A stretch of DNA of 32,658 nucleotides, taken from positions 1-32,658 of the forward strand of contig CALSCO010000645.1 of assembly GCA_943704415.1 (NCBI GenBank), given 5' to 3'. Below are positions 19,442 to 29,707 of this stretch, piece after piece. A program made the position numbers and the translations under genes. This DNA comes from Parvularia atlantis (Eukaryota). The notes below the pieces were generated by a model. The model was given only the letters and a program-made list of their open reading frames with translations, did no database searches and was not told where the DNA came from. Position 1 is the stretch's first letter, and each line of letters opens with the position of its first letter.

Positions 19442-19844
19442 GTGGCAGCCGCTCGAGGTGGGTGCGACTGCCGCTGGCGCGCCGCGCGCCAAGCCGATCC
19501 TGCCGACGAGCAAGCCCGCGACTCTGGCCACGCCGAGCGCACCAGCCAAGGCGGCACTGACACCAGCACCGGCACTGGCACCGGCGGCGTCGTTCGCGCC
19601 CGGGCCCGACAGCGACCTGTGGGAGTCGCTCGACATGGCGCCGATCTCGGTGCGCGGTCGTTCGCCCGCCGACAGCTGTGCGCGTGCTGACCGCTGAGCG
19701 ACATGCCAGGCCGAGGACCGCACGCGGCAGCAGGAGGAGCGACGGCAGAAGCTGGAGGAGCGCAAGCAGCGGATGGAGGAGGCGCGCAAGGCGAAGGCGG
19801 GCGGAGCCGCGGGCAAGCTCGGGGCGGTGCGCAAGGCCGACTGA
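16421..19844 (+). CDS. SCYL1: SCY1-like pseudokinase (SCYL1/Cex1) with HEAT repeats; about 17 introns
   Basis: Contains ARNALKRSKTLRHPSLLHYLD, SWGLHQI, FPADFCKYKVLPELV, DRAMRLSLLE, DEEPGIRTNTTICLG and AFTRALKDPFPPGRIAG. The C-terminus KLGAVRKAD has the RKxx COPI-binding-type end. Confidence 0.93.
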
Positions 19845-19914
19845 AGACCGCGACTGCGGCGGAGGCGTCGCATTGTGTACCAGTATGGCTTGCCGCGACA
19901 GTACATGGGGCGGG

Positions 19915-20686
19915 TCACGCGGAGGCAAACTGCTGCGCCTGGGCGATGACGCGGCGGGTGTACAGGTCGCGGTTGGAGCTGCGTAGCGGACACTGTGTGT
20001 GAGGCGGCGGTTAAACTGTTGAGCGAGCAGACGCACACGAAAAGCTGGTACGCCTCAAGCTGGGCGGGACTCTCGGGGTTGGGGTCGTTGAGCAGGTCCT
20101 GGATGCCGATGAGGATCTGCGGCGCGTGTGTGTGAGGCGCTCGGCTGCGGCGAAGCGGCGGCGGCGCGGGGCACCTGCTTGATCGTGATCGAGGGCCGCC
20201 AGCCGGCCGGGTCGTCCTCGTTCAGGATCGACAGGCAGACGGTGCCGGACGGGTATATCTGCGCGTGCGCCGCGCACGTGTGAGGCCTGTGCCGCTGCTG
20301 CTCGATGCGCGCACGTTCGGATGGAACAGCGGCGGCGTGAACTTGCACTTTGGCGGCTTACTCGGGTAGTCTTCGCTGAACGCCATCAACAGCTTATACA
20401 CGCCGCCCTCCCACGGCGTCTGCCATGTGCACGTGCGCGCGCGTGAGCATGTGAACGCTGCACGGCACAGCCACGCACGCCCGGCTTGCCGGGGATGCCG
20501 CAGCTCCAGAGCATCATGTTGAGCGTGCCGTCGGTGTTCTTGACGGGCGCGGCGAAGAAACCCTGGGCGCGCGCGGTGCTCAGTGGATCGCATCGCCGCG
20601 GGGGCGTGGGCACCGCGCACGTAGGGATGCTCCTTGCGCCACGCCTTGCGCTCCTCCTGCAGCCGCCCGAGCGCGATGCCGGCCAT
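19915..20686 (-). CDS. UBC9: SUMO-conjugating enzyme Ubc9; 5 introns
   Basis: Reads [35 protein letters not shown]...TPWEGG...[16 protein letters not shown]...[28 protein letters not shown]...[19 protein letters not shown]. Confidence 0.97.
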
Positions 20687-20864
20687 CGTCGACCGCGCAG
20701 AAGTGTGCAGCGCGGCGTGAGCTCATGTTTTTGCCAGGCGCAGAAGCGTGACAGCGTCCTCCCGGTTCGTCCCGGCTTCGCCCGGATCTGCCCGCGACGG
20801 GCGTAGACGCGCCGCCCCACCTTGCCGCAGCGTCGCGCGCTGCACACTTCCACGACCGAGCACG

Positions 20865-21829
20865 ATGAGCGCGTGGGACGCACAGCGCTACATGCACTTC
20901 CTCAACGAGCGGACCCAGGCGGCCGTCGATCTCGTGCGCCGCGTCGAGCTGCCGGACGACGACGTGCGCCGCGTGGCCGACCTCGGCTGCGGGCCCGGCA
21001 ACAGCACCGAGGTGATCGCGGCGCGCTGGCCCGCGCTTGGCCACGCGCCCGGCACGCTGCTGTGCGGCGTCGACAGCTCGGAGACGATGCTGGCCGAGGC
21101 CCGGGTGCGCGCCAGTGGTGGCAGCTTGGCCACGATGCGGGGGGGGGGGGGGGGTGTTGACACGGGAACGGCAGACGCGCCATCCGCACTTCCGCTTCGC
21201 GCACCAGGACGTGTCCGACTTTTCGCTGGCCGGGCTCGCGGCGGCGCTTGGTGATGCGGCGGCGGGCGCGGCGCCGCTCGATCTGATCGTGTCCAACGCG
21301 ACGCACCACTGGATCGCCCAGCACGAGCGCGTCTTCCCGCAGCTGATGGGCTGCCTGCGGCCCGGTGGCGTGCTCGCGGTGCAGATGCCGCGCAACTTTG
21401 ACGCGCCGAGCCACCGCCTGCTGCACACGGTCGCGCTGGACGAGCGCTGGCGCGAGCGGCTGGCGGGCGTGCGCAAGGACCGCGACGTCAGCCCCGTGCA
21501 CGCGCCGGGCGACTACTACGACTGGCTGACGCCGCTGTCGTCGCGCGTGACGCTGTGGGAGGTGCGCGTCTTGTGCACGCCGCTTAACTCTTTGACGAAG
21601 CCGCGCCGCGCAGACTGAGTACGTCCATGTGCTCAACAGCGCCGACGATGTGGGCGAGTTTGTGCGCACGACCGGCGCGCGCCCGTTCCTGGACGCACTC
21701 GAGCCCGCGCAGCAGCCGCAGTTCCTGGCCGAGTACAAGCGGCTGCTGGCGCAGGCGTACCGGCCGCAGCGCGACGGGTGCGTGCTGTTCCCGTTCCGGC
21801 GCTTCTTCCTGCTGGCCGTGCGCAAGTGA
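20865..21829 (+). CDS. tam: Trans-aconitate 2-methyltransferase, bacterial Tam type; introns 21105-21174 and 21563-21613
   Basis: MSAWDAQRYMHFLNERTQAAVDL...VADLGCGPGNSTE..GVDSSETMLAEAR, SNATHHWI, GGVLAVQMPRNFDAPSH and LFPFRRFF align with my recall of E. coli-type Tam. Confidence 0.88.
21139..21154. repeat. G16 homopolymer inside tam intron 1
   Basis: Visible run inside the predicted intron. Confidence 0.9.
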
Positions 21830-21849
21830 CTGCTCTAGATGTGTGTGCT

Positions 21850-23456
21850 TTACAACTCGTCGCGTCGTGCTGGGGCTGTCTGCCGTACAAACGCGACAGT
21901 GTGCGAGTGGAAGCGCACGAGCGGGCTGTCGCTGCGCCCGATCTGCAGCAGGCTCAGCTCGTCGAGGTCGCAGCGCTCGAAGCCGTCGCTGCGCCAGGGC
22001 GGCCTGCAATACGCGCGTGCGTCGGCGAGCAGCGTGTGCGCGAGCCGGGGGGGGGGGGGGGGGGGGGGGGGGACGCACATGGTCGTGCCCTTGGGCGTGC
22101 CCCACGTCTCCTTGGCGCGCCCGCTCACGCCGTAGTCCTTCTCGCCGATCAGGACGTACTCGCGCACGGACGACGTCGCACGCACGGCCGCGGTCCAGTC
22201 GTCGTCCTTGGACATCCACGACACGAGCACGAGCACGGGCCGGTGGTGCTTGAGCGCGGCGACGTGGTCGCGCTTGATGACCGGGAAGCTGCGAGCGCGT
22301 CAGACAGGTGCGGACGAGGCAGGCGTGCACGCACCGCAGGGTTGCGTCGCCGACATTGCCAGCAATGTCGGATGCGACGAACGTGAGCTGCACGCCGGCG
22401 AGGGCGGGCGCGGCGGTGACGGCTTGCGCGAGAAAGTGCGTGAGGCGCCCGTTGCCCGCGCCGATCTCGAGCACGGTGAGCGCGGCGCCGGGTGCGGCGT
22501 AGCGCTCGAGGCGGTGCGCGACGTAGCGCGCGAGGCCGGCCACGTACTCGCGCGTGAGCAGCTCGCAGACCTTCAGGTACCCGTTCGAGAAGTAGTAGAG
22601 CCACGCGGCGGGCGTGAGCAGGTCGAACGCGAGGCGCGCGGGCGGGACGCGCAGGGGCCGTAGCAGCACGGCCTCATCCAGCGCGTCGGGAGCGGCGGCC
22701 GCGGCGTCGAGCCACGGGAACGCGAGCGCGACGTCGGCGTGCGACGGCAGGCACGTCGTGTTGAGCAGGCAGCGCAGCGCAGCGAGGCGCTCGGGCGAGC
22801 CGGCATCGAGGTCCACGTCGGGTTCGAGGCGCAGGTACTCGGTCACGGCGGCGGGCGAGGGCAGCGCGGCCTCGGCGTCGCTCGGCCCTGGGTGCCGCTG
22901 CAGCTCGGTCTGCGCGTCGGCCAGCAGCGCGCGCAGCCGCGCGCCATTCTCCATGAACGCCGCCGTCGGCTGGCACCCGCGCACGCCCATCTGCGCGCCG
23001 GCCTCAGTGCAGCAGCAACGTGCGCGCGTACACCGCACCTCGGTCGAGATGAACGTGCGCGCGTGCCGCTCGCGCAGCCGCTCGAGCAGCGCTGGATCGG
23101 CGTCGACCGTCAGCTGCGGCACGTCCGGCGGCGGCGGGAACAGATTCTCGTGCGTCCCGCCCTGCTGCACGCACATCCACTGCGCCGTGCTCCGTGCGCG
23201 TGAGCTGGCCGCGCCGCGCACCGCGGGAACGCACGCTGAAGAGCGCGTCGTAGCGGTCCTTGACGATGCGCTGCGCCATCAGGCCCAGGCGTGCGCCGTC
23301 GTACGCGCGCAGCAGCGGTGTGTCACCGCGCTCGACTGCCAGCACGTCGCGCACGAGCACCGCCACAGCGCGCTCGGCAGGCACCGCGCCCGCAGACGCA
23401 GCAGCCGTCGCGAGCAGGACGAGGACGAGGCAGACGGCGAGGAGCCGCGTTCCCAT
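21850..23456 (-). CDS. Uncharacterised class I SAM-dependent methyltransferase-like protein with an N-terminal signal peptide; 4 introns
   Basis: Hydrophobic leader MGTRLLAVCLVLVLLATAAASAGA. Motif I VLEIGAGNGRL, followed by FVASD, LVLVSWM...DWT and EYVLIGE. Confidence 0.7.
22047..22072. repeat. G26 homopolymer (C26 on the coding strand) inside the last intron of the methyltransferase-like gene
   Basis: Visible run just after the GTGCGT donor on the minus strand. Confidence 0.9.
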
Positions 23457-24004
23457 GAAGCTGATTGGCTGCGCGTTTTTTTTTTTCCGTGACTATGGGG
23501 CGCGATCAGCAAGGCCGCGGTCTCGGCGCGCTTCGCTGGCCACGACACGTGGGACGGGCGGACGCAGGAAGTTAGGCGAACAAGAACGGAACTTAGGGCT
23601 CTTGGCGAAGGCTCAGACCCCTTCCCCCGCCCCCTGTCGCACCAAGTTTTTCCGTCTCTCACGCCGCCTGCTCTTCGTCCCCCTCCTCCGCCCGCGTTGC
23701 GGCGCAGCGCCCACCCCCTCGCGCGCGCTGCCTCGTCCCCCCCACTCGCGCGCGCGTGTAGCCCCAGGCCCTACTGCGCCGCGCCTCGCTTTCTTTGGGT
23801 GGTGAGCGCGGGCTCTCGCGAACCGCGTGACACGTGCCGCTCTTTCCCCTGTCGCCGCAACCATCGCGGGCACGTCGCACGCGCGCGCGCGCCGTGGCCA
23901 TCGCCTTCCGCCCGTCTCGCCGCGCCCTGCGCTGACCGCGGCGTGTGTGGCGCAGACGGGCAACAGTCACACCACCACCACCACCACCCCGCCGCGCGCG
24001 CCGC

Positions 24005-26854
24005 ATGAGCCAAGTCAGCCCCGTCGCCGCAGCCCTCGCCGGCGACGCGCCCGCGCCCGCGCCCCCCGCGCGCGGCATGTTCCTGCAGACGCCGCTCGGG
24101 CAGGACACGTTCGCGCGGGTGCGCCGTGCGCCGTGCGCCGTGCGCCGTGGGGGGGGGGGGCGCGCTCAAAACTCCGCCTGTCGCCCTGCCGCACGCACGC
24201 AGTACAACAACGACGACAACGTGGTCCAGTGGGAGCTGTTCCAGTCGTCGCCGCTGCGCAAGGACCGGCTGACGGTGCACTTCATGTTGGACATGCAGTA
24301 CCGCGTGCGTGTGCTGTCCTTCGTTCCCTCGCGCGCGTGCGCGCGCGCTCACGGCAAAACGCAGATTATCCGCGCCACGCCCAACGTGAACAACCTCACG
24401 GGCTTCGCGCAGGACCTGCTGACGGCCGTCTCGCCGCACTTTGTCTCGTTCGCGCACCCAAAGGACGTCGCGAGCATGCGCCAGAACCTTTTTGAGGTGT
24501 GTTCCTGGCGGGCTGCGTTGGCGCGGGCGGGGTGGCAGTCTGGGTCGTGAGCTGCGCATGCATCGGTGGCGGGCTGCGTCGGCGTGTTTGTGGCAGGCTG
24601 GGGTATCGGTCACGGCCGTCTCGCGCACTCACGCGCGCACGCCCCCGCACGAAACAGGCCGCCTCCACGGGGCCCGCTGCCGGCTACATCTTCCAGTCGC
24701 GCAACCAGATCGCGCAGCGGCACCGCATCGCGACCGCGTTCGGCCGCTACACCTGGGTCGAGACCGTGTACGTGCGCAGCGGCATTGGGGAGCCGTGCCT
24801 GCTGCTGCTCTGCAGCCCCATCGACGTGAGCTCGCTCGGCGCACCCGCCCGCCTGCCAACTGACGCCATTCGCTCAGCCGCCAGCCGAGGACGAGGAGTG
24901 GATGTGCGAAGGCGAACTCATGGCGCGCTCGTTCAACCTCAACATCGACCTGTCTCGCTCGGTCGTGTGGGTGTCGCCGGCGTGGTGCGTGCGCGCGCGC
25001 GGCATCTGGGGAAAATTTTCCCCCGACCCTCCGCCCTGACCGCGCCGCGCAGCACCATCCTCGGCTTCAACTGCCTGCAGCTGTTGTGGGTGGACGTGCT
25101 GGACATCGTGCACCCGCGCGACCGCGAGCGCTTCAAGCACGCCGTCGACTCGCGTGCGTCAGTGCGCAGGCCGCGCAGTGCGCGCGCGTGCTCATCCCGC
25201 GGCGCAGTCAAGGACGTCATCGGAACGCGAATCTCGATGATCGTCGACATCGTGCATGGCCAGGGCGTCTACGTCCGCTGCTCGGTCCTGATGGAGTCGG
25301 GCGTGCTGATGAGCGACGACCAGAAGCACCCGTGGCGGTTCATCCTGGCCAACTGCTCGGTCCTGGTGCGTTTTCCTCCCAATGCATGAGCTGCGCGCTG
25401 ACGACTCGGTGCTGCAGGACGCGCCCATGCCCGAGCTGTCCGCGGCCGAGGACACTGGCGCGGGGAGACCGACGGGCTTCGAGTACGACGCCAGCGGCTC
25501 AATGTATCAGACGCCACCGCCGTTCGGCACACAGCCGTACTATCATCAGCACCAGCACCAGCACCAGCACCAGCAGCCAGTTGATGTCGCGTTCGCGCCC
25601 GACCTCCCGGCGAGTCAGTACGCCTCGTACACGTCGCTGCCCGACGTGCTCGACACTGCCGATGTGCGTATCCGCTTCGCGCACCTTCTGAGCCATTGAC
25701 ACACACTCCTGCGCGCTGCAGCAGGACGTGCAGATGTACAACTGGCGCCTCATACCGCGCAACCTCAAGGTTGACCCGGCCGAGTACGAGAACCAGCTGG
25801 CGCAGCGCCTGGGCAACGCCGAGCCACACATGGAGCTGCTGGACGACGGTGCGCCAGCCGCGGCCGCCGCAGGGTTGGGTGGCAGCTGACGGTCACCCGG
25901 CCGCGCAGGGCTGCTCATTGCCGAGGAGATCCGCTCGATCTGCCAGACCTCGCCCACGCTTGCGCACCAGCCGCTGTGCGGGTCCGTGAGCATGCCGCCC
26001 TCGGCCACCCTGCTCGGCACGCCGACCAGCGCGAGCTCGAGCACCAGCCCGGGCACCGCTGGCACTGGCCACTCGCTGCTGCACGCGGCCTCGGCAGACG
26101 ACCTCAGCGGCGGCTTCACCGGGTTTCAGGACAGCGGTGCGGCCCCTCTTTGCGCGCCTCGCCAGCCTGGCTTACCAGCGTCGCAGTCTCGTACAGCACC
26201 ATGCCGCCGCAGCAGCTGCCCGGGCCCGCCGTTGCGACCCTCGCGCGGCGGGCCAGCAGCTCCAGCCACGACGCCACGGGCACGGTCAAAGTGCGCAAAC
26301 CCAAGGCGACGCCGGGCCACGCGCGGTCAAACAGCGTGCCGGCGCTCGTGCCGGCGGACGTGGTCGAGGACGGGCTGCTGAAGAAGGACAAGGTTGGCAC
26401 GCACGCGCGCGAACGCCGTGAGAATTGGCCGCTGACGCCGCTCCTTCCGCAGAAAAAGAGCGTCTATCGCCCCTCGCGCCGCCGCGACAAGGTCTGCGAG
26501 ATCTGCGGCCGGAACGAGTCGCCCGAGTGGCGCCGCGGGCCAACGGGCCACAACTCGTGCGTTGCGCCCCCCACTGGTACACCCGTCGCGCTCATTGTAC
26601 GGTCTTGCCGCAGCCTGTGTAACGCCTGCGGCATCCGCTTCGCCAAGTTTGTCAAGTCTGGCTGCCCGCCCGAGCAGGCCATCGCGCGCATGCTGCGGCG
26701 CGCCGAGTCGGACGACAGCCTCGTCACGCGGCAGCAGCTGACCGTGGCCGACTACATCATGTCGCCGCGCACGGACGACGCGACGCCGCATCCGCAGCTC
26801 GGGCCTTTTACGCCGATGATGTCGCCACCGCAGCAGCAGCAGAGCAGCGCCTGA
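24005..26854 (+). CDS. PAS-PAS-GATA zinc-finger transcription factor (White Collar-like architecture); about 11 introns
   Basis: PAS-like 1: LTGFAQDLL...FVSFAHPKD...HRIATAFGRYTWVET. PAS-like 2: WVSPACTILGF...VLDIVHPRDRERF. GATA finger: CEICGRNESPEWRRGPTGHNS|LCNACGIRF (Cx2Cx18Cx2C). Confidence 0.85.
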
Positions 26855-26984
26855 CCATACCCACCCATCAAGTCACGTCGAAATGCACTACTTGCTCTGG
26901 CTGTCCTCCGTTCTGTCTGTGGCCCTGCTGTGTGGCCCCCCCTTATGTTGTAGCGGCTGTAGCGGCGGATAAAGTACAAACTGT

Positions 26985-29572
26985 CTAGTAGCCGAATTTG
27001 GCGTTAAGCGACGTGCGCCCGTCGCCCGTCTGGTTACTCGGCGGCACCCACTCTGATTGGTCCTTGAGCACCTCGGCCTGCGCGCGCCAGTCAGTGCACG
27101 CACGTGCGCAGAGAGACGCACATCGTAGTCCTCGCGGCTCATCGCGCCAAAGGTGCGCTTGGTCTTCTTGGGCGGCTTTTTGGCGCTCTCGTCGTGCGTG
27201 ATCTGGCGCCCCGCGAGCGTGTCATCTCGCAGAGCACGCGCCGCTGGTGCGCACCACGTCCTCGTCCGTGCCCGGCCGCACCACGTCCTCTTCAGGCGCG
27301 GTGGACGGCAGCTTTGCGCGCGGCGCTTCGGCGTCGCTGTCGCCAAACGCAGCCGCGACGTCCCCGCCTTGCCCGGCGCCGTGCACCCGTGACGCCGGCA
27401 GGTGTGGCCGCTTGAACGTGTTGTCTGCGTGCGGCGGTGCGGGCGGCCGCGCTGGTGCAGCAAGCTCGTGCGCCGGCGCGACGGCAGCGTCGGGCTCGAA
27501 GGTCGGGATGTGCGTCGGCCGGGCGACGTTGATCAGGCGCTCGACACCAGACAGCTCCTGCGTCGCCGGGTCAGCGCGCCCTTCGGCTGCATGAATCATG
27601 CAGCGCACCTGCAGGACCTCGTCCAGCTGCCCCCTGACCTTGGCGGCGTCGTCGTGCACGAGCGACACCTTAATCGCGTCCATGTACGCGTCCAGGTCGT
27701 CCTCCTCCTGCGCGATCGCGGCCTCCGCCTGCCGATGCACTAGGCGGTCGCGGCTCTCAGCCCCCGCAGGCACGGCAGGGGTGGCGACAACGAACGTGTC
27801 GCAGTGTGCAGCTGCTGCAGCTCGTCGCGTCGCTTGACCAGCTCCGCGCGCTGCGCCATGAGGCTGTCGTACGTCTGCGCCGTCGCCGAGCCCTTCTTAC
27901 CCGCCTTCTTGAGCGCTGCACGCATGGCCCCGGCGTGAGCGCGCCGAGAAGCACGCCGCCCCATGCGCACCCGTCCGGTCGTAGAATTCGTCTTGGTCAT
28001 CGTCGTCGTCGCCGTAGAGCTCCTTCAGGCGCCGCTTGCGCGCCTCGACCACTTGCGGCGTGTCAGCGGGCACGTCACGCACGACTACGTGAGGCTGCGC
28101 GCACTCTCGGCCGTCACAGACGGGTCGTCCGTGCGCAGCACGCCGCGCGAATTGAGCTTCTGACACGCGTCCAGGATCACCTCACGCTCGGCGTCCTTCT
28201 TTCGTCCGGCCGACGCCGACGCCCAGACTGCGCAGCGAGCGTGAGCACGCGCGTGCTAGCCGAGGCCCAGGCACGCACCCTCCGTGCCGAATTGGTCCTC
28301 GATCGGCAACTTGAGCCGCGCGTTGTACACGCGCGCGTGCCCCGGCCCGTCCTCCTCGACCACGATCTCCATGCGCTCGCCATGAAAGTCGAACCTGCGG
28401 GGTGTCAGCTCGCGCACAGGCACTCCACCATGCGCGCACGCACCAGCCACGCAAGATCTTGCGCGGATCACGCAGGTACCAATCTGTGCGCGAGCATGAG
28501 GCGCGACCGCTGCAGCGTCACTGCGCACCGTCGTCGTTTTCGCCGCCCTTGCCGTCCTCGCCCGAGGCCGCCGCGGCCTCCCGCTGCGCCTCCTCGTCCT
28601 CGCCGTCGTCCGCGCCCATGCCCCTGTGATGCAGACGTGAGCCAATGTGCCCCGCGGCACACGCCGCACAGCGCACCACGAAATGCCCTCGTCCTCGCCG
28701 TCGGGCTTGGCGGTCGCCTGCGCCTGCTCCTGCCGCGCGAGCTCGATCTGCCGCTGCCGACGCGCAGCGAGTGTGCCCGTGACCTGCACGGCACGACTCC
28801 AGTGTCAGGCACAGGCGGTCAGGAACGATTAAGCGGCACGCGCCATCGAGCGCAGCTGCTGGTCGCTCGTCTTGTCGCCGGCGAGGTCGAGCCCCTGCCG
28901 CGCGCAACGATCGTGAGCCACACCGCGCGTCCGCCGACCGGTCGCGCACCGGTGGCGGCTGCAGGATCAGGCTACGCGAGCTCTCGCCGAAGCGCAAGAA
29001 GCTGCCGGGCGGGACGGGCACAAACGTCTTCTTGGGCACCGTCTCTTTGTTGAGCCGCGTGCCGTGCGTCGAACCGAGGTCGTACAGGAACGCGCGCCCT
29101 GCGATTGCGAGCGTCGCGTGCATGCACGATGCACCTCACGCTGCGCGCGCACCGTCGTCGCGGAACTGCAGCACGGCGTGGTACCGCGAGACGGACTACA
29201 GCCGCGCCACGATCAGCAACGGCGCGCGCAACGGAAGCTCGCACACGCACCGCGTGCTCCATCGGCACGTCGCACGTCGGCAGCCGCCCTGGCGTACACG
29301 CATCGGTCACGTCCGCCGGCCGCACGACGGGCGACGCCGCGCACGCACCGATAGACACGTACGCCTTGTCGGCGGGCAGGGTGAGCGTCTCCAGCATCAC
29401 GCCGTCCTTGAGCACCTCGAGCACGAACGGCGCGGGCGGCCGCGCGGACCACTCGGGCGGCACGTACGCGGCGATCGGCGCGGTTGGCGGCTGCGCGGCG
29501 GCTGTGCGGGGCGGCGCGTGAGGCAGGCGAGGCGGCACACGGCGAAGGCGCGCGCGGCTCACGCTCTGCCAT
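26985..29572 (-). CDS. SLC4A1AP: Kanadaptin (SLC4A1AP homologue): FHA domain, dsRBD-like region and coiled coil; about 14 introns
   Basis: Contains YVPPEWS..P..PFVLEVLKDG, IGRLPTCDVPMEHA|SVSRYHAVLQF, YDLGSTHGT, FGESSR, DQDEFYDRT and EDDLDAYM. The C-terminus is WVPPSNQTGDGRTSLNAKFGY*. Confidence 0.92.
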
Positions 29573-29617
29573 CGGTTCCGCTCGTCGGCGACGGCCCTGC
29601 ACACAGATAGAATTCGC

Positions 29618-29661
29618 ATGGAGGACTCTGCAGGGGCACCGGATGTCGTCCAGGTGCCGCG

Positions 29662-29707
<46 letters not shown>

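Noticed and set aside
25052..25090. GFNC in the second PAS domain as a LOV photoactive-cysteine motif
   Set aside because: It occupies the generic 'LGY/F' PAS position rather than the GxNCRFLQ position, and the RFLQ residues are absent.
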